Below, piece after piece: positions 1 through 12,417 of a stretch of 12,417 nt of DNA. A program made the position numbers and the translations under genes. The stretch's first letter is position 1. Each line of letters begins with the position of its first letter. Under the pieces are notes generated by a model that did not search any database, was not told the origin of the DNA, and saw only the letters and a list, made by a program, of their open reading frames with translations. Origin of the DNA: Kofleriaceae bacterium (GTDB lineage Bacteria; Myxococcota_A; Polyangia; Haliangiales; Haliangiaceae); the NCBI GenBank assembly GCA_046597055.1, contig JBKJLC010000264.1:1-12417 (forward strand). Direction: 5' to 3'.

Positions 1-270
1 CAGTCGGGCCCCGAGGTCAGCTACCGGCTCGCGCTGGCGGCGGCGACGCCGGTGCGCGTGATCGTGCTCGATGGCGACGGCGTCGACGTCGACGCCCACG
101 TCCTGACCGGCGACACCTGCGTCGAGCGGGCCGATCGCCTGCTCGACCGCACGCTGGCCGCGGGCGATCACGACGTCGTGGTCGATACCTACGCGGGCGG
201 CGGGCTCGACCGGGCCGGGGCCTACACGCTGATCGTGCTGGCGTGCGAGCCCGGCGATCCCGAGTGCTAG
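1..270 (+). CDS. 5'-truncated CDS; C-terminal beta-rich domain resembling a pre-peptidase C-terminal (PPC)-like module of an exported protein
   Basis: Frame 1 is open from base 1 (QSGPEVSYRLALAAATPVRVIVLDGDGVDVDAHVL...TLAAGDHDVVVDTY...GAYTLIVLACEPGDPEC*) to TAG at 268-270. SGPEVxY, DVDxH, LxAGxxxVVVD and GxYTL resemble PPC-type modules. The listed start at 52 is internal. Confidence 0.6.
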   Translation, partial: QSGPEVSYRLALAAATPVRVIVLDGDGVDVDAHVLTGDTCVERADRLLDRTLAAGDHDVVVDTYAGGGLDRAGAYTLIVLACEPGDPEC

Positions 271-280
271 CCTGTCGCCA

Positions 281-1045
281 ATGACCTGGTACGCGCAGCA
301 GCTCATCGCCGACGCGGTCCCCGCCCTCGCGGACGACCTCCGCGCGCAGCCGGCGTTCGCGCGCGGGCTCTACCACGTGAAGGATCTGCAGCCCTACCGG
401 AAGGTCGAGCGCGAGGTGGTGGAGGTCGAGGTCACCGCCGACGGCGGTCGCGAGGTCACCGCCTCGATCGAGCACGGCCCGCGCCTCCCGCCCGCCGGGC
501 TGCTGTTCGTCCGCGAGCTGTGCGAGGCCGAAAAGGGCGATCACGCCAGCGGGTGGTTCGGTGACGACGCCATCTCGTGGACGGTCGCCGACCGCGAGGG
601 CCCGGCGCTCGAGATCGATCGCGACCGCGTGATCGCGCGGCTCGACGGCCACTACGCGCTACCGCCGGCGGCGCTGCTGCGGGAGGCGAAGCGGCTGTCG
701 ATCGCGCACGGTGCGTCGATCACGTATTTCGCGACGTTCTTCTGGGGCGGCGACCAGGAGCGCGCGATCGGCTGGGTCTTCGACGGGGCCGGCGGCGAGG
801 TCGTCTACACCCAGGTCGGGGACGACGACCGAGGCGGTCCCGGCGACCACGTGTGGGCGTGGCGGCTCGACCCGCGCGGCGAGCGGCGGATCACGCAGGG
901 CGACGTGCTGACCCTCGCGCTGCTGCACCACGGCCTCCAGATCTGCCACAGCTTCCCGCCGCACATGCGCGGCTTCCGCTGGGACGATCACCGCCAGGAG
1001 ACCGGACTCCATAGGTCTCCTGCAGAAGGCAGACCTCGCACCTGA
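281..1045 (+). CDS. Hypothetical protein (254 aa)
   Basis: ATG 10 nt after the upstream stop. Codons end mostly in G/C and the composition is protein-like (W/F/Y/H-rich, e.g. ITYFATFFWGGD), unlike the overlapping Arg/Ala-rich shadow ORFs. No family recognised. Confidence 0.75.
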   Translation: MTWYAQQLIADAVPALADDLRAQPAFARGLYHVKDLQPYRKVEREVVEVEVTADGGREVTASIEHGPRLPPAGLLFVRELCEAEKGDHASGWFGDDAISWTVADREGPALEIDRDRVIARLDGHYALPPAALLREAKRLSIAHGASITYFATFFWGGDQERAIGWVFDGAGGEVVYTQVGDDDRGGPGDHVWAWRLDPRGERRITQGDVLTLALLHHGLQICHSFPPHMRGFRWDDHRQETGLHRSPAEGRPRT

Positions 1046-1153
1046 CTCGTGACCCTGGACCCCGGCGTCATTGTTGCCCGCTTCGCTCCGCTCGCTGGGG
1101 GCTGACGGCTCACCGCGCGCCAGGCCCCCGTCGTCCTCGCGGCGGGTGCCCGG

Positions 1154-3043
1154 CTACCAGCCGCAGGTCTGGCCCTGGTTCTGCGTCTTCAGCCAGGCGT
1201 GCAGCGGCGCGAAGTAGTCGATGATCGCGGTCGCGTCGATCGTGCGCTGGCCGGTGAGCGCCTCGAGCGCGTCGGGCCACGGCTTGCTCGAGCCGAGCGT
1301 CAGCATCGCCGCGAAGCGCGCGCCGGCGTCGGTGTTGCCGTGGATCGAGCACTCGTGGAGCGGGCCCTTCCAGCCGGCGGTCGCGCACAGCGCGCGGTGG
1401 AACTGGAACTGCAGGATCGTCGACAGGAAGTAGCGCAGGTACGACGTGTTGCCGGGCACGTGATACTTCGCGCCCGGATCGAAGTCGGTGTCGGCCCGCG
1501 GCACCGCCGGGGCGATGCCCTGGTACTGGCGGCGCAGCTCCCACCAGCGCGCGTTCCACTGGGCCGGCGTGATCGCGCCCGAGAACGCCTCCCAGCGCCA
1601 CTTGTCGACGGTGAGACCGAACGGCAGGAACGCGATCTTCTCGAGCGCGATGAACATCTGCTGGTTGATGACCGCCTTGTCGTTGCGCGCGACCTTCTTG
1701 AGCAGGCCGACCTTGTTCAGGTACGTCGGCGTCACCGACAGCGCGATCGTGTCGCCGATCGCCTCGTGGAAGCCGTCGTTGGCGCCGTTCTGGAACAGGA
1801 CCGGCAGCTGGTGGTAGTAGAGGTAGTAGTAGTCGTGGCCGAGCTCGTGGTGGACCGTGATCAGGTCCTCCTGGTTCACCTTCGTGCACATCTTGATGCG
1901 CACGTCGCCCGAGTAGGTCGGGTCCCATGCGCTGGCGTGACAGACGACCTCGCGGCCCTTGGGCTGCACCAGCATCGACTTGTCCCAGAAGCTCGCCGGC
2001 AGCGCCTTGAGCCCGAGCGAGGTGAAGAACGACTCGGCCAGCTTGGTCATGCGGACCGCGTCGTACTTCTGCGCGACCATCGCCCTGGTGACGTCGGGCG
2101 ACGGCTGGCCCGCGTACGGCTCGACCAGCGGATACACGCCGCCCCAGGTCTGCGCCCACATGTTGCCGAGCATGTGCGCCGGCATCGGACCGGCCGCCGG
2201 CACCACGGCGGTCCCGTACCTCTTCGACAGCTTGCGGCGCGTGTAGCAGTGCAGATCGTTGTAGAGCGGCGCGACCTGGCTCCACAGCCGGTCGACCTCG
2301 ATGACCATGTCGCCGGGCGGCATGTCGTAGCCCGACAGCCACATCTCGCCGACGTCCTTGAAGCCGATGCCGCGCACGCCCTCGTTGGCGAGCGGCACGA
2401 ACTTCTCGTAGAACGGGCGCACCGCGCGACCGGTCGAGTCGTGCCAGCCCTGCCAGGCCGCGAGCAGCTTCTTGGGATCGCGGCTCTCGGTCAGGACGTC
2501 GGACAGCTTGCCGAGATCCTGGCAGGCGCCCCTGGCGTCGCAGACCTTGCCCTTGGCGTAGGCCGAGTCCATCGCGGTCATCACCTGCGAGAGCTCGGTC
2601 GCCTTGGCCGGATCCTCGGGCGCCGGCTGGCCGGCGAGGCGCAGCAGGTGGAACTGGCGGCGGGTCTCGGGATCGAGCTCGGCGAGCACCGACTCGAACC
2701 GGCGCGACCCGCGGATCGCCTGGGTCAGGTACGCCATGCTCTCCTCGGCGGCCTTGGCGGCGGTGGCCTCGGTGGCGGGCGTGATGTTGGTCGCGCGGTC
2801 CCAGTCGGAGAGGTCGCGCTTGGTCCACGCGGCCCGCAGGGCGGCGTCGACCTCGGTCATGAACGCCGTGGCCTCGGCCGCGGTCGGGCCCGCGGGTGGC
2901 GGTGGCTCGGTGACCTCCGGCGGATGCTGGGTCACCGGGGTCGGCGGCGGCGGTGTCTCGATGACAGGTGCGGTCTTGCAGGCCGCCAGCGCGAGGGCGA
3001 CCACGGGCATGAGCGCGGAGGAGATCCGGGTGCGGCTGCTCAT
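1154..3043 (-). CDS. M2-family zinc metallopeptidase (angiotensin-converting-enzyme-like peptidyl-dipeptidase), predicted lipoprotein
   Basis: HHELGH zinc motif (1835-1852) and GANDGFHEAIGD third-ligand motif (EAIGD at 1751-1765). ACE hallmarks PAHMLGNMWAQTW, VVCHASAWD, RIKMCT, FDPGAKYHV, YLRYF and LQFQFH are present. N-terminal lipobox LAAC is followed by a Pro-rich linker. Confidence 0.95.
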   Translation of the reverse strand: MSSRTRISSALMPVVALALAACKTAPVIETPPPPTPVTQHPPEVTEPPPPAGPTAAEATAFMTEVDAALRAAWTKRDLSDWDRATNITPATEATAAKAAEESMAYLTQAIRGSRRFESVLAELDPETRRQFHLLRLAGQPAPEDPAKATELSQVMTAMDSAYAKGKVCDARGACQDLGKLSDVLTESRDPKKLLAAWQGWHDSTGRAVRPFYEKFVPLANEGVRGIGFKDVGEMWLSGYDMPPGDMVIEVDRLWSQVAPLYNDLHCYTRRKLSKRYGTAVVPAAGPMPAHMLGNMWAQTWGGVYPLVEPYAGQPSPDVTRAMVAQKYDAVRMTKLAESFFTSLGLKALPASFWDKSMLVQPKGREVVCHASAWDPTYSGDVRIKMCTKVNQEDLITVHHELGHDYYYLYYHQLPVLFQNGANDGFHEAIGDTIALSVTPTYLNKVGLLKKVARNDKAVINQQMFIALEKIAFLPFGLTVDKWRWEAFSGAITPAQWNARWWELRRQYQGIAPAVPRADTDFDPGAKYHVPGNTSYLRYFLSTILQFQFHRALCATAGWKGPLHECSIHGNTDAGARFAAMLTLGSSKPWPDALEALTGQRTIDATAIIDYFAPLHAWLKTQNQGQTCGW

Positions 3044-3106
3044 TTTCGCGGACCATATACCAGGGTGCGAGCGAGCGTCAGGAGGATCCCGGACGGTGCC
3101 GCCCGG

Positions 3107-4402
<1,296 letters not shown>

Positions 4403-4491
4403 GCGCGGCAGCCTACGTGCGCGCCTCGGGCCGCGCAACCGCCCGGTCGGCACCGCGCGGCGCCACCCGCGATCCGGGCTAGCTTGTGCAG

Positions 4492-5139
4492 ATGAAGCAG
4501 GTTGCCCCCGCCGCCGAGCGCAACCGCGATCCGATCCTCGCGGTGCTGCACCGGGTGCTGCCGGCCCGCGGCGAGGTCCTCGAGATCGCGAGCGGCAGCG
4601 GCCAGCACGCCATGTACGCGGCGCGCGCGTTCCCGGCGCTCTCCTGGCAGCCCAGCGACCCATCCGCGCCGGCGCGGGCCAGCATCGCCGCCTGGCGCGA
4701 GGACGCCGGCGTCACCAACCTGCGCGCGCCGATCGCGCTCGACGTCACCGCGACGCCGTGGCCGGTCGCCCACGCCGACGCGGTGGTGTGTATCAACATG
4801 ATCCACATCGCGCCGTGGGACGCGACCCTGGCGCTGGTCCGCGGCGCTGCGCAGCTGCTGCCGGTGGACGCGCCGCTGGTCACCTACGGCCCGTACCGGT
4901 TCGCCGGCACGTTCACGTCGGCGTCGAACGCGGCGTTCGATCACGACCTGCGCGCGCGCGACCCGCGCTGGGGCGTGCGCGACGTGGTCGACGTCGAGAG
5001 CGCGGCCGGCGCGGTCGGCCTGCGCCTCGACGAGGTGGTCGCGCTGCCCGCGAACAACCACGTGCTGGTGTTTCGCCGGGTCGCCGGTGGCGTCGCGGTG
5101 GTCCCGCGGGCGCGCGCGATCGACGGCTGGCCCGCGTGA
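4492..5139 (+). CDS. DUF938-family class I SAM-dependent methyltransferase
   Basis: APAAERNRDPIL, VLEIASGSGQHA (SAM-binding motif I), WQPSD, CINMIHIAPW, YGPY, SNAAFD, WGVRD and PANN are the typical DUF938 blocks. ATG 4492 is preferred over GTG 4486. Divergent from tyrS. Confidence 0.92.
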   Translation: MKQVAPAAERNRDPILAVLHRVLPARGEVLEIASGSGQHAMYAARAFPALSWQPSDPSAPARASIAAWREDAGVTNLRAPIALDVTATPWPVAHADAVVCINMIHIAPWDATLALVRGAAQLLPVDAPLVTYGPYRFAGTFTSASNAAFDHDLRARDPRWGVRDVVDVESAAGAVGLRLDEVVALPANNHVLVFRRVAGGVAVVPRARAIDGWPA

Positions 5140-5196
5140 GGTGCGCCCGTCGCAGGTCGTGAGTCCCCACTGCCGCGCATTCCACCGATTCCCCGG

Positions 5197-5251
5197 GCGC
5201 ACGGCGTGCGCTGTGTGGCAACAGCGCACGCTCCACGATTGCGGCAATCGT
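5197..5251. promoter_or_regulatory. Cluster of dyad-symmetry elements upstream of the 1399-aa gene (candidate operators or hairpin)
   Basis: GCGCACG-G-CGTGCGC (5197-5211), GCGTGCGCTGT-N6-ACAGCGCACGC (5204-5231) and ACGATTGC-G-GCAATCGT (5235-5251). All are perfect inverted repeats. Function is inferred. Confidence 0.55.
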
Positions 5252-5292
5252 CGGCATACAAACCATTCGCGTTGACGCTATAGAGGGCAACC

Positions 5293-9492
<4,200 letters not shown>

Positions 9493-9583
9493 CCGCGGCG
9501 CCCGGTGCCGTCAATTGCCACCGGTGGCGGCCGAGGTCGGCTGTAACCCGGCGCGCCGCGACGGCGTCCGAGTAGAACCTCGC

Positions 9584-10354
9584 ATGATGACCAGACCGCT
9601 TCGCTCGTTGCTCCTCCTTGCCGCGGCCGCCGCCCCGGCCGCCGCCGCCCCGCACGTCCTGCTCACCTACGAGACCGGCCCGGCGTACGTCGCCCAGAAC
9701 GACGGTCGCTACGGTGCCGGCGGCACGTCGTACCAGGCCGATGACGTCGCCCAGCAAGACAACCTCGTGCGCGGCGAGCGGAGCGCGGTCGAGCTGGTGC
9801 TCGGCCGCCACCGGGTGATCGCGCTGTACGCGCCATTCCAGCTCGACACCCAGGTCGCCCTGGTCGAGCCGCTGGTGTTCCGCGCGACCACGTTCGACGC
9901 CGGCACCGTCGTCGACCACCGCTACCGCTTCGACGGCTACCGCGCGTCGTACCTGTACCAGCTCCGCGGCGGTCGGCTCGCGCTCGAGCTGGGCGGCTCG
10001 CTCCAGGTCCGCGACGCCAACGTCGCGTTCACCAGCGCCGACGGCGCGCAGCGCGATCAACAGACGAACATCGGCCTGGTCCCCGCGCTCAAGGTCCGCG
10101 CGACCTACACCACCGGGTGCGCGTGGGGCCAGCTCGAGGCCGACGGCCTCTCGACCTTCGGCCTGGCCGGCGACACCAGCGGCGGCCTCTACGACGTCGC
10201 CCTCGCTGCCGGCCTGCCGGTCCATCGCGACGTCGACGTCTACGCGAACCTGCGCTGGCTCGGCGGAGGCGCCGAGGTCCCCACCCAGCAGATCGACAAC
10301 TGGGCCAACTTCGTGTCGGCCTCGCTCGGCGTCCGGGTCGCGCTCGGCCGCTAG
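9584..10354 (+). CDS. Secreted hypothetical protein, probable outer-membrane beta-barrel (256 aa)
   Basis: From ATG 9584 (or 9587) it has a Sec-type signal, MMTRPLRSLLLLAAAAAPAAAA. Many alternating amphipathic strands follow (YRFDGYRASYLYQL, LALELGGSLQVRD, LKVRATY, LYDVALAAG, VYANLRWLGG, FVSASLGVRV). The listed 9515 start would bury the signal peptide. Confidence 0.72.
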   Translation: MMTRPLRSLLLLAAAAAPAAAAPHVLLTYETGPAYVAQNDGRYGAGGTSYQADDVAQQDNLVRGERSAVELVLGRHRVIALYAPFQLDTQVALVEPLVFRATTFDAGTVVDHRYRFDGYRASYLYQLRGGRLALELGGSLQVRDANVAFTSADGAQRDQQTNIGLVPALKVRATYTTGCAWGQLEADGLSTFGLAGDTSGGLYDVALAAGLPVHRDVDVYANLRWLGGGAEVPTQQIDNWANFVSASLGVRVALGR

Positions 10355-10431
10355 ACCGCCGCTCGTCCCGGGGCGATCTGCGCGCCCGCCACATCGGCCG
10401 CGGTCCTCGGACGCCGGTCGCGTCTCCCGAC

Positions 10432-10465
10432 CGCCGAGCGCCGAGCGCCGAGCGCCGAGCGCCGA
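10432..10465. repeat. Intergenic heptamer tandem repeat (CGCCGAG)4 + CGCCGA
   Basis: Four perfect copies at 10432-10459 and a partial fifth to 10465, between convergent genes. Confidence 0.9.
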
Positions 10466-10545
10466 CCCCGAGGGGACGCGGCGGGTCTGAACCAGGACAT
10501 AGGTAACGCGTCACAGAGGGGACGCGGTGGTCACCGACGCAGCGG

Positions 10546-11538
10546 TCAGGTCATGCCGTGGGCGCGGAACCAGGCGAGCGCGTCGGTGATCGCTGGCTCG
10601 AGCGGTCCGGCCCGGTAGCCCAGCTCGGCCTCGGCGCGCGCGCTGGTGAACTGGAAGCGGTCGGTGTATGCGTAGCGAGCCGCGACGCTGTTGAACAGCG
10701 GCTCGCGGCCGGTCGCGGCCTGGTAGGCGTCGCCGAGATAGCCGGCGGCCAGGGTCGCGAGCCGGGGCGCTGGCAGCCACGGCGGTCGCACGCCCGCGAT
10801 CTTGGCGATCCGGGTGAACGCCTCGCGGTAGCTCAGGTTCTCGCCGCCGAGGATGTAGCGGCGGCCGCGCTGGCCGCGCTCCCACGCCTGCACGCAACCG
10901 CGCGCCACCGATCGCACGTCGACGAAGTTGTTGTACCCGGGCGTCCACGCCGGCGCCCGGCCGCGCACGACCTGCACGATCATCGCCCCCGACGAGGGTC
11001 GGGCGTCGCGGGGCCCGAACATGAAGGTCGGGTTGACGATCACCGCGTCGAGGTCGTTCACCGCGGCGGCGCGGACCAGCTTCTCGGCCTCGTGCTTGCT
11101 CGTCGCGTAGCCATCGTCGAGCCCGTAGTCGGCGAAGTTCCAGCGCGCGTCCTCGCTGACCGGCCGGCCATCGGTCGACAGCCCGACCGCCGACACCGTC
11201 GAGACGTGGACCAGGCGGGCGACCTTGGCGGTGCGCGCGGCCTCGATCACCAGCTGGGTCCCGTCGATGTTGGCGGCGCGCAGCCCGGGCGTCACCCGGG
11301 GCGCGACCGCCACCAGAGCGGCGCAATGGAACACCACGTCGGCGCCCCGAAAGGCATGCGCGAGCGAGGCGCGATCGTCGAGCTCGCCGTGGACCCACTC
11401 GATATCCAGGTCGGCCAGATGATCGAGCCTGGTCGACAGGCGCCGGATCGCCCGGACGTGGACCCGGCGGGCCCGCAGCTCGGCCGCGAGGTTGCCACCG
11501 AGCAGACCGGACGCACCCGTGATGACGGCGAGAGGCAC
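10546..11538 (-). CDS. NAD-dependent epimerase/dehydratase, extended SDR (HpnA/dihydroflavonol-4-reductase-like)
   Basis: TGASGLLG Rossmann motif, VFHCAA, NIDGT, VHVSTVS, catalytic YATSK, IVNPTFMFGP, FVDVRSVA, RYILGGEN. GTG start. Confidence 0.92.
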   Translation of the reverse strand: MPLAVITGASGLLGGNLAAELRARRVHVRAIRRLSTRLDHLADLDIEWVHGELDDRASLAHAFRGADVVFHCAALVAVAPRVTPGLRAANIDGTQLVIEAARTAKVARLVHVSTVSAVGLSTDGRPVSEDARWNFADYGLDDGYATSKHEAEKLVRAAAVNDLDAVIVNPTFMFGPRDARPSSGAMIVQVVRGRAPAWTPGYNNFVDVRSVARGCVQAWERGQRGRRYILGGENLSYREAFTRIAKIAGVRPPWLPAPRLATLAAGYLGDAYQAATGREPLFNSVAARYAYTDRFQFTSARAEAELGYRAGPLEPAITDALAWFRAHGMT

Positions 11539-11611
11539 CGCCGCATCTTACGGCCCGGCGGCGTCCGCGCGAGCCCCGCCGGCCGCCGACGTTGCCCCGC
11601 GCGCGCCGCGA

Positions 11612-12115
11612 TCAGGCGTCGCGGACGGGCCTCGGGGGCGACCCGGTCGCGGCGAAGCCCCGCGCGGCCTCGGCCATCTCGTCGGCGCCGACCTCGCGGA
11701 TCTGGGTGCTGATCATCCACCGCACGCCGAACGGATCGACGATGACGCCCATGCGGGCGCCGTGAAACTGGACCTCGACCGGGCGCTGGACCGTCGCGCC
11801 GGCCGCGGCCGCGGCTGCGACGGTGGCGGCGGCGTCGGGCACGTACAGGCTCAGCGCGAACGTGGCGGTCAGGTTGCCCGGCTCGGGCGCGACCGCGCCG
11901 TGATCCGGATAGGCATCGGACAGCATGATCGCCGCGCCGCCGATGGTCACCTCGGCGTGGCCGACCCGCCCGTCCTTGTCGACGAAGCGTTCGGGCACCT
12001 CGACCGCGCCGAAGACCTCGACGTACCAGGCGATCGCGGCGGCGGCGTCGCGCGGGCAGATGTACGGGGTCAGCAGCTGGCCGGCGGCGGGGACGTAGCT
12101 GGGCGTGTCGCGCAT
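11612..12115 (-). CDS. VOC/glyoxalase superfamily protein, PhnB-like (167 aa)
   Basis: LTPYI..DAAAAIAWYVEVFGA, GRVGHAEVTIGG..IMLSD, LYVPD, FHGARMGVIVDPFGVRWMI. Start set at ATG 12115 (MRDTPSYVPAAG). Confidence 0.9.
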   Translation of the reverse strand: MRDTPSYVPAAGQLLTPYICPRDAAAAIAWYVEVFGAVEVPERFVDKDGRVGHAEVTIGGAAIMLSDAYPDHGAVAPEPGNLTATFALSLYVPDAAATVAAAAAAGATVQRPVEVQFHGARMGVIVDPFGVRWMISTQIREVGADEMAEAARGFAATGSPPRPVRDA

Positions 12116-12213
12116 GGGCGACCGTACCCCGCGCCGGCGCACCGCGTTCGCGTTCGCGTCGACACGGCGCCGTGGATCGACGGGCGCCGGAGCGGGCAGG
12201 GGTCGTTCAGGAC

Positions 12214-12417
12214 CTAGCTGACGTTCCAGCGGTGGGCGACCACGGCCGCGCCCAGGCCCTTCACGGTCAGCTCGAGCGCCTCGGGCGAGGCGCCGCTGCT
12301 GGCGAGAAAGCTGGCGACCCCGGGGGCCGCGAGCGTCGAGGCCGACACGGCGACCTGACCACCCTCGGCGAGCGCCTGCAGCTTGGCGGCGAGGTTCACC
12401 GTGTGGCCGAAGTAGTC
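12214..12417 (-). CDS. 5'-truncated class III adenylate/guanylate cyclase domain protein (C-terminal end)
   Basis: The frame is open to the window edge and reads DYFGHTVNLAAKLQALAEGGQVAVS...LTVKGL. This matches the D-x-F-G-x-T-V-N-x-A-x-R-L and KG motifs of class III cyclases. Confidence 0.85.
   Translation of the reverse strand, partial: DYFGHTVNLAAKLQALAEGGQVAVSASTLAAPGVASFLASSGASPEALELTVKGLGAAVVAHRWNVS

Noticed and set aside
4403..4491. T-box riboswitch upstream of tyrS
   Set aside because: Only 89 nt separate the divergent genes, and no T-box or terminator motif is visible.
4403..4663. 87-aa N-terminal extension of TyrRS in the ORF track
   Set aside because: Low-complexity, overlaps the divergent DUF938 gene, and TyrRS-like sequence starts only at ATG 4402.
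5214..5284. Sigma-54 promoter (TGGCA at 5216) or sigma-70 pair TTGACG/TATAGA
   Set aside because: The GG-to-GC spacing is 11 rather than 10 and there is no TTGC. TTGACG (5272) and TATAGA (5279) are only 1 nt apart.
10470..10527. Mini-CRISPR (repeat, 34-nt spacer, repeat)
   Set aside because: The repeats are only 12 bp, there are two copies, they are not palindromic, and no cas genes are present.
10546..11538. Naming the SDR hpnA or inferring a hopanoid/sterol cluster
   Set aside because: No neighbouring hpn or sterol genes, and the motifs do not fix the substrate.
12143..12189. (CGCGTT)x~3 and a GC-rich imperfect hairpin between the cyclase and VOC genes
   Set aside because: Short, plausible by chance at this GC content, and lacking a U-tract.
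10511..12217. ORFs 10511..11398 (-), 10558..11712 (+) and 11492..12217 (+)
   Set aside because: Shadow frames of the SDR and VOC genes with no recognisable motifs.

Overview
Very GC-rich bacterial window. The protein style (lipoproteins, DAA-repeat linker, PPC-like and cyclase tails) suggests Myxococcota, which is an inference. It holds ten supportable CDSs, two cut by the window edges: a PPC-like C-terminus, a hypothetical protein, an ACE-like M2 metallopeptidase lipoprotein, tyrS, a DUF938 SAM methyltransferase, a 1399-aa modular exported redox protein, a probable outer-membrane beta-barrel, an HpnA/DFR-like extended SDR, a PhnB-like VOC protein and the tail of a class III nucleotide cyclase. 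The standout is the 1399-aa protein: two tandem (DNRLRE/CBM96-like + Ig-like) modules, a PQQ glucose/sorbosone-dehydrogenase propeller and a di-heme cytochrome c domain in one chain. It is preceded by a cluster of palindromes and followed by the beta-barrel gene. A second signal runs across the window: six of eight complete gene starts have a TANNNT hexamer 5-8 nt upstream and no Shine-Dalgarno, suggesting widespread leaderless mRNAs. No rRNA, tRNA, CRISPR array or intact mobile element was seen. All family assignments come from motif recognition by eye, not database searches.
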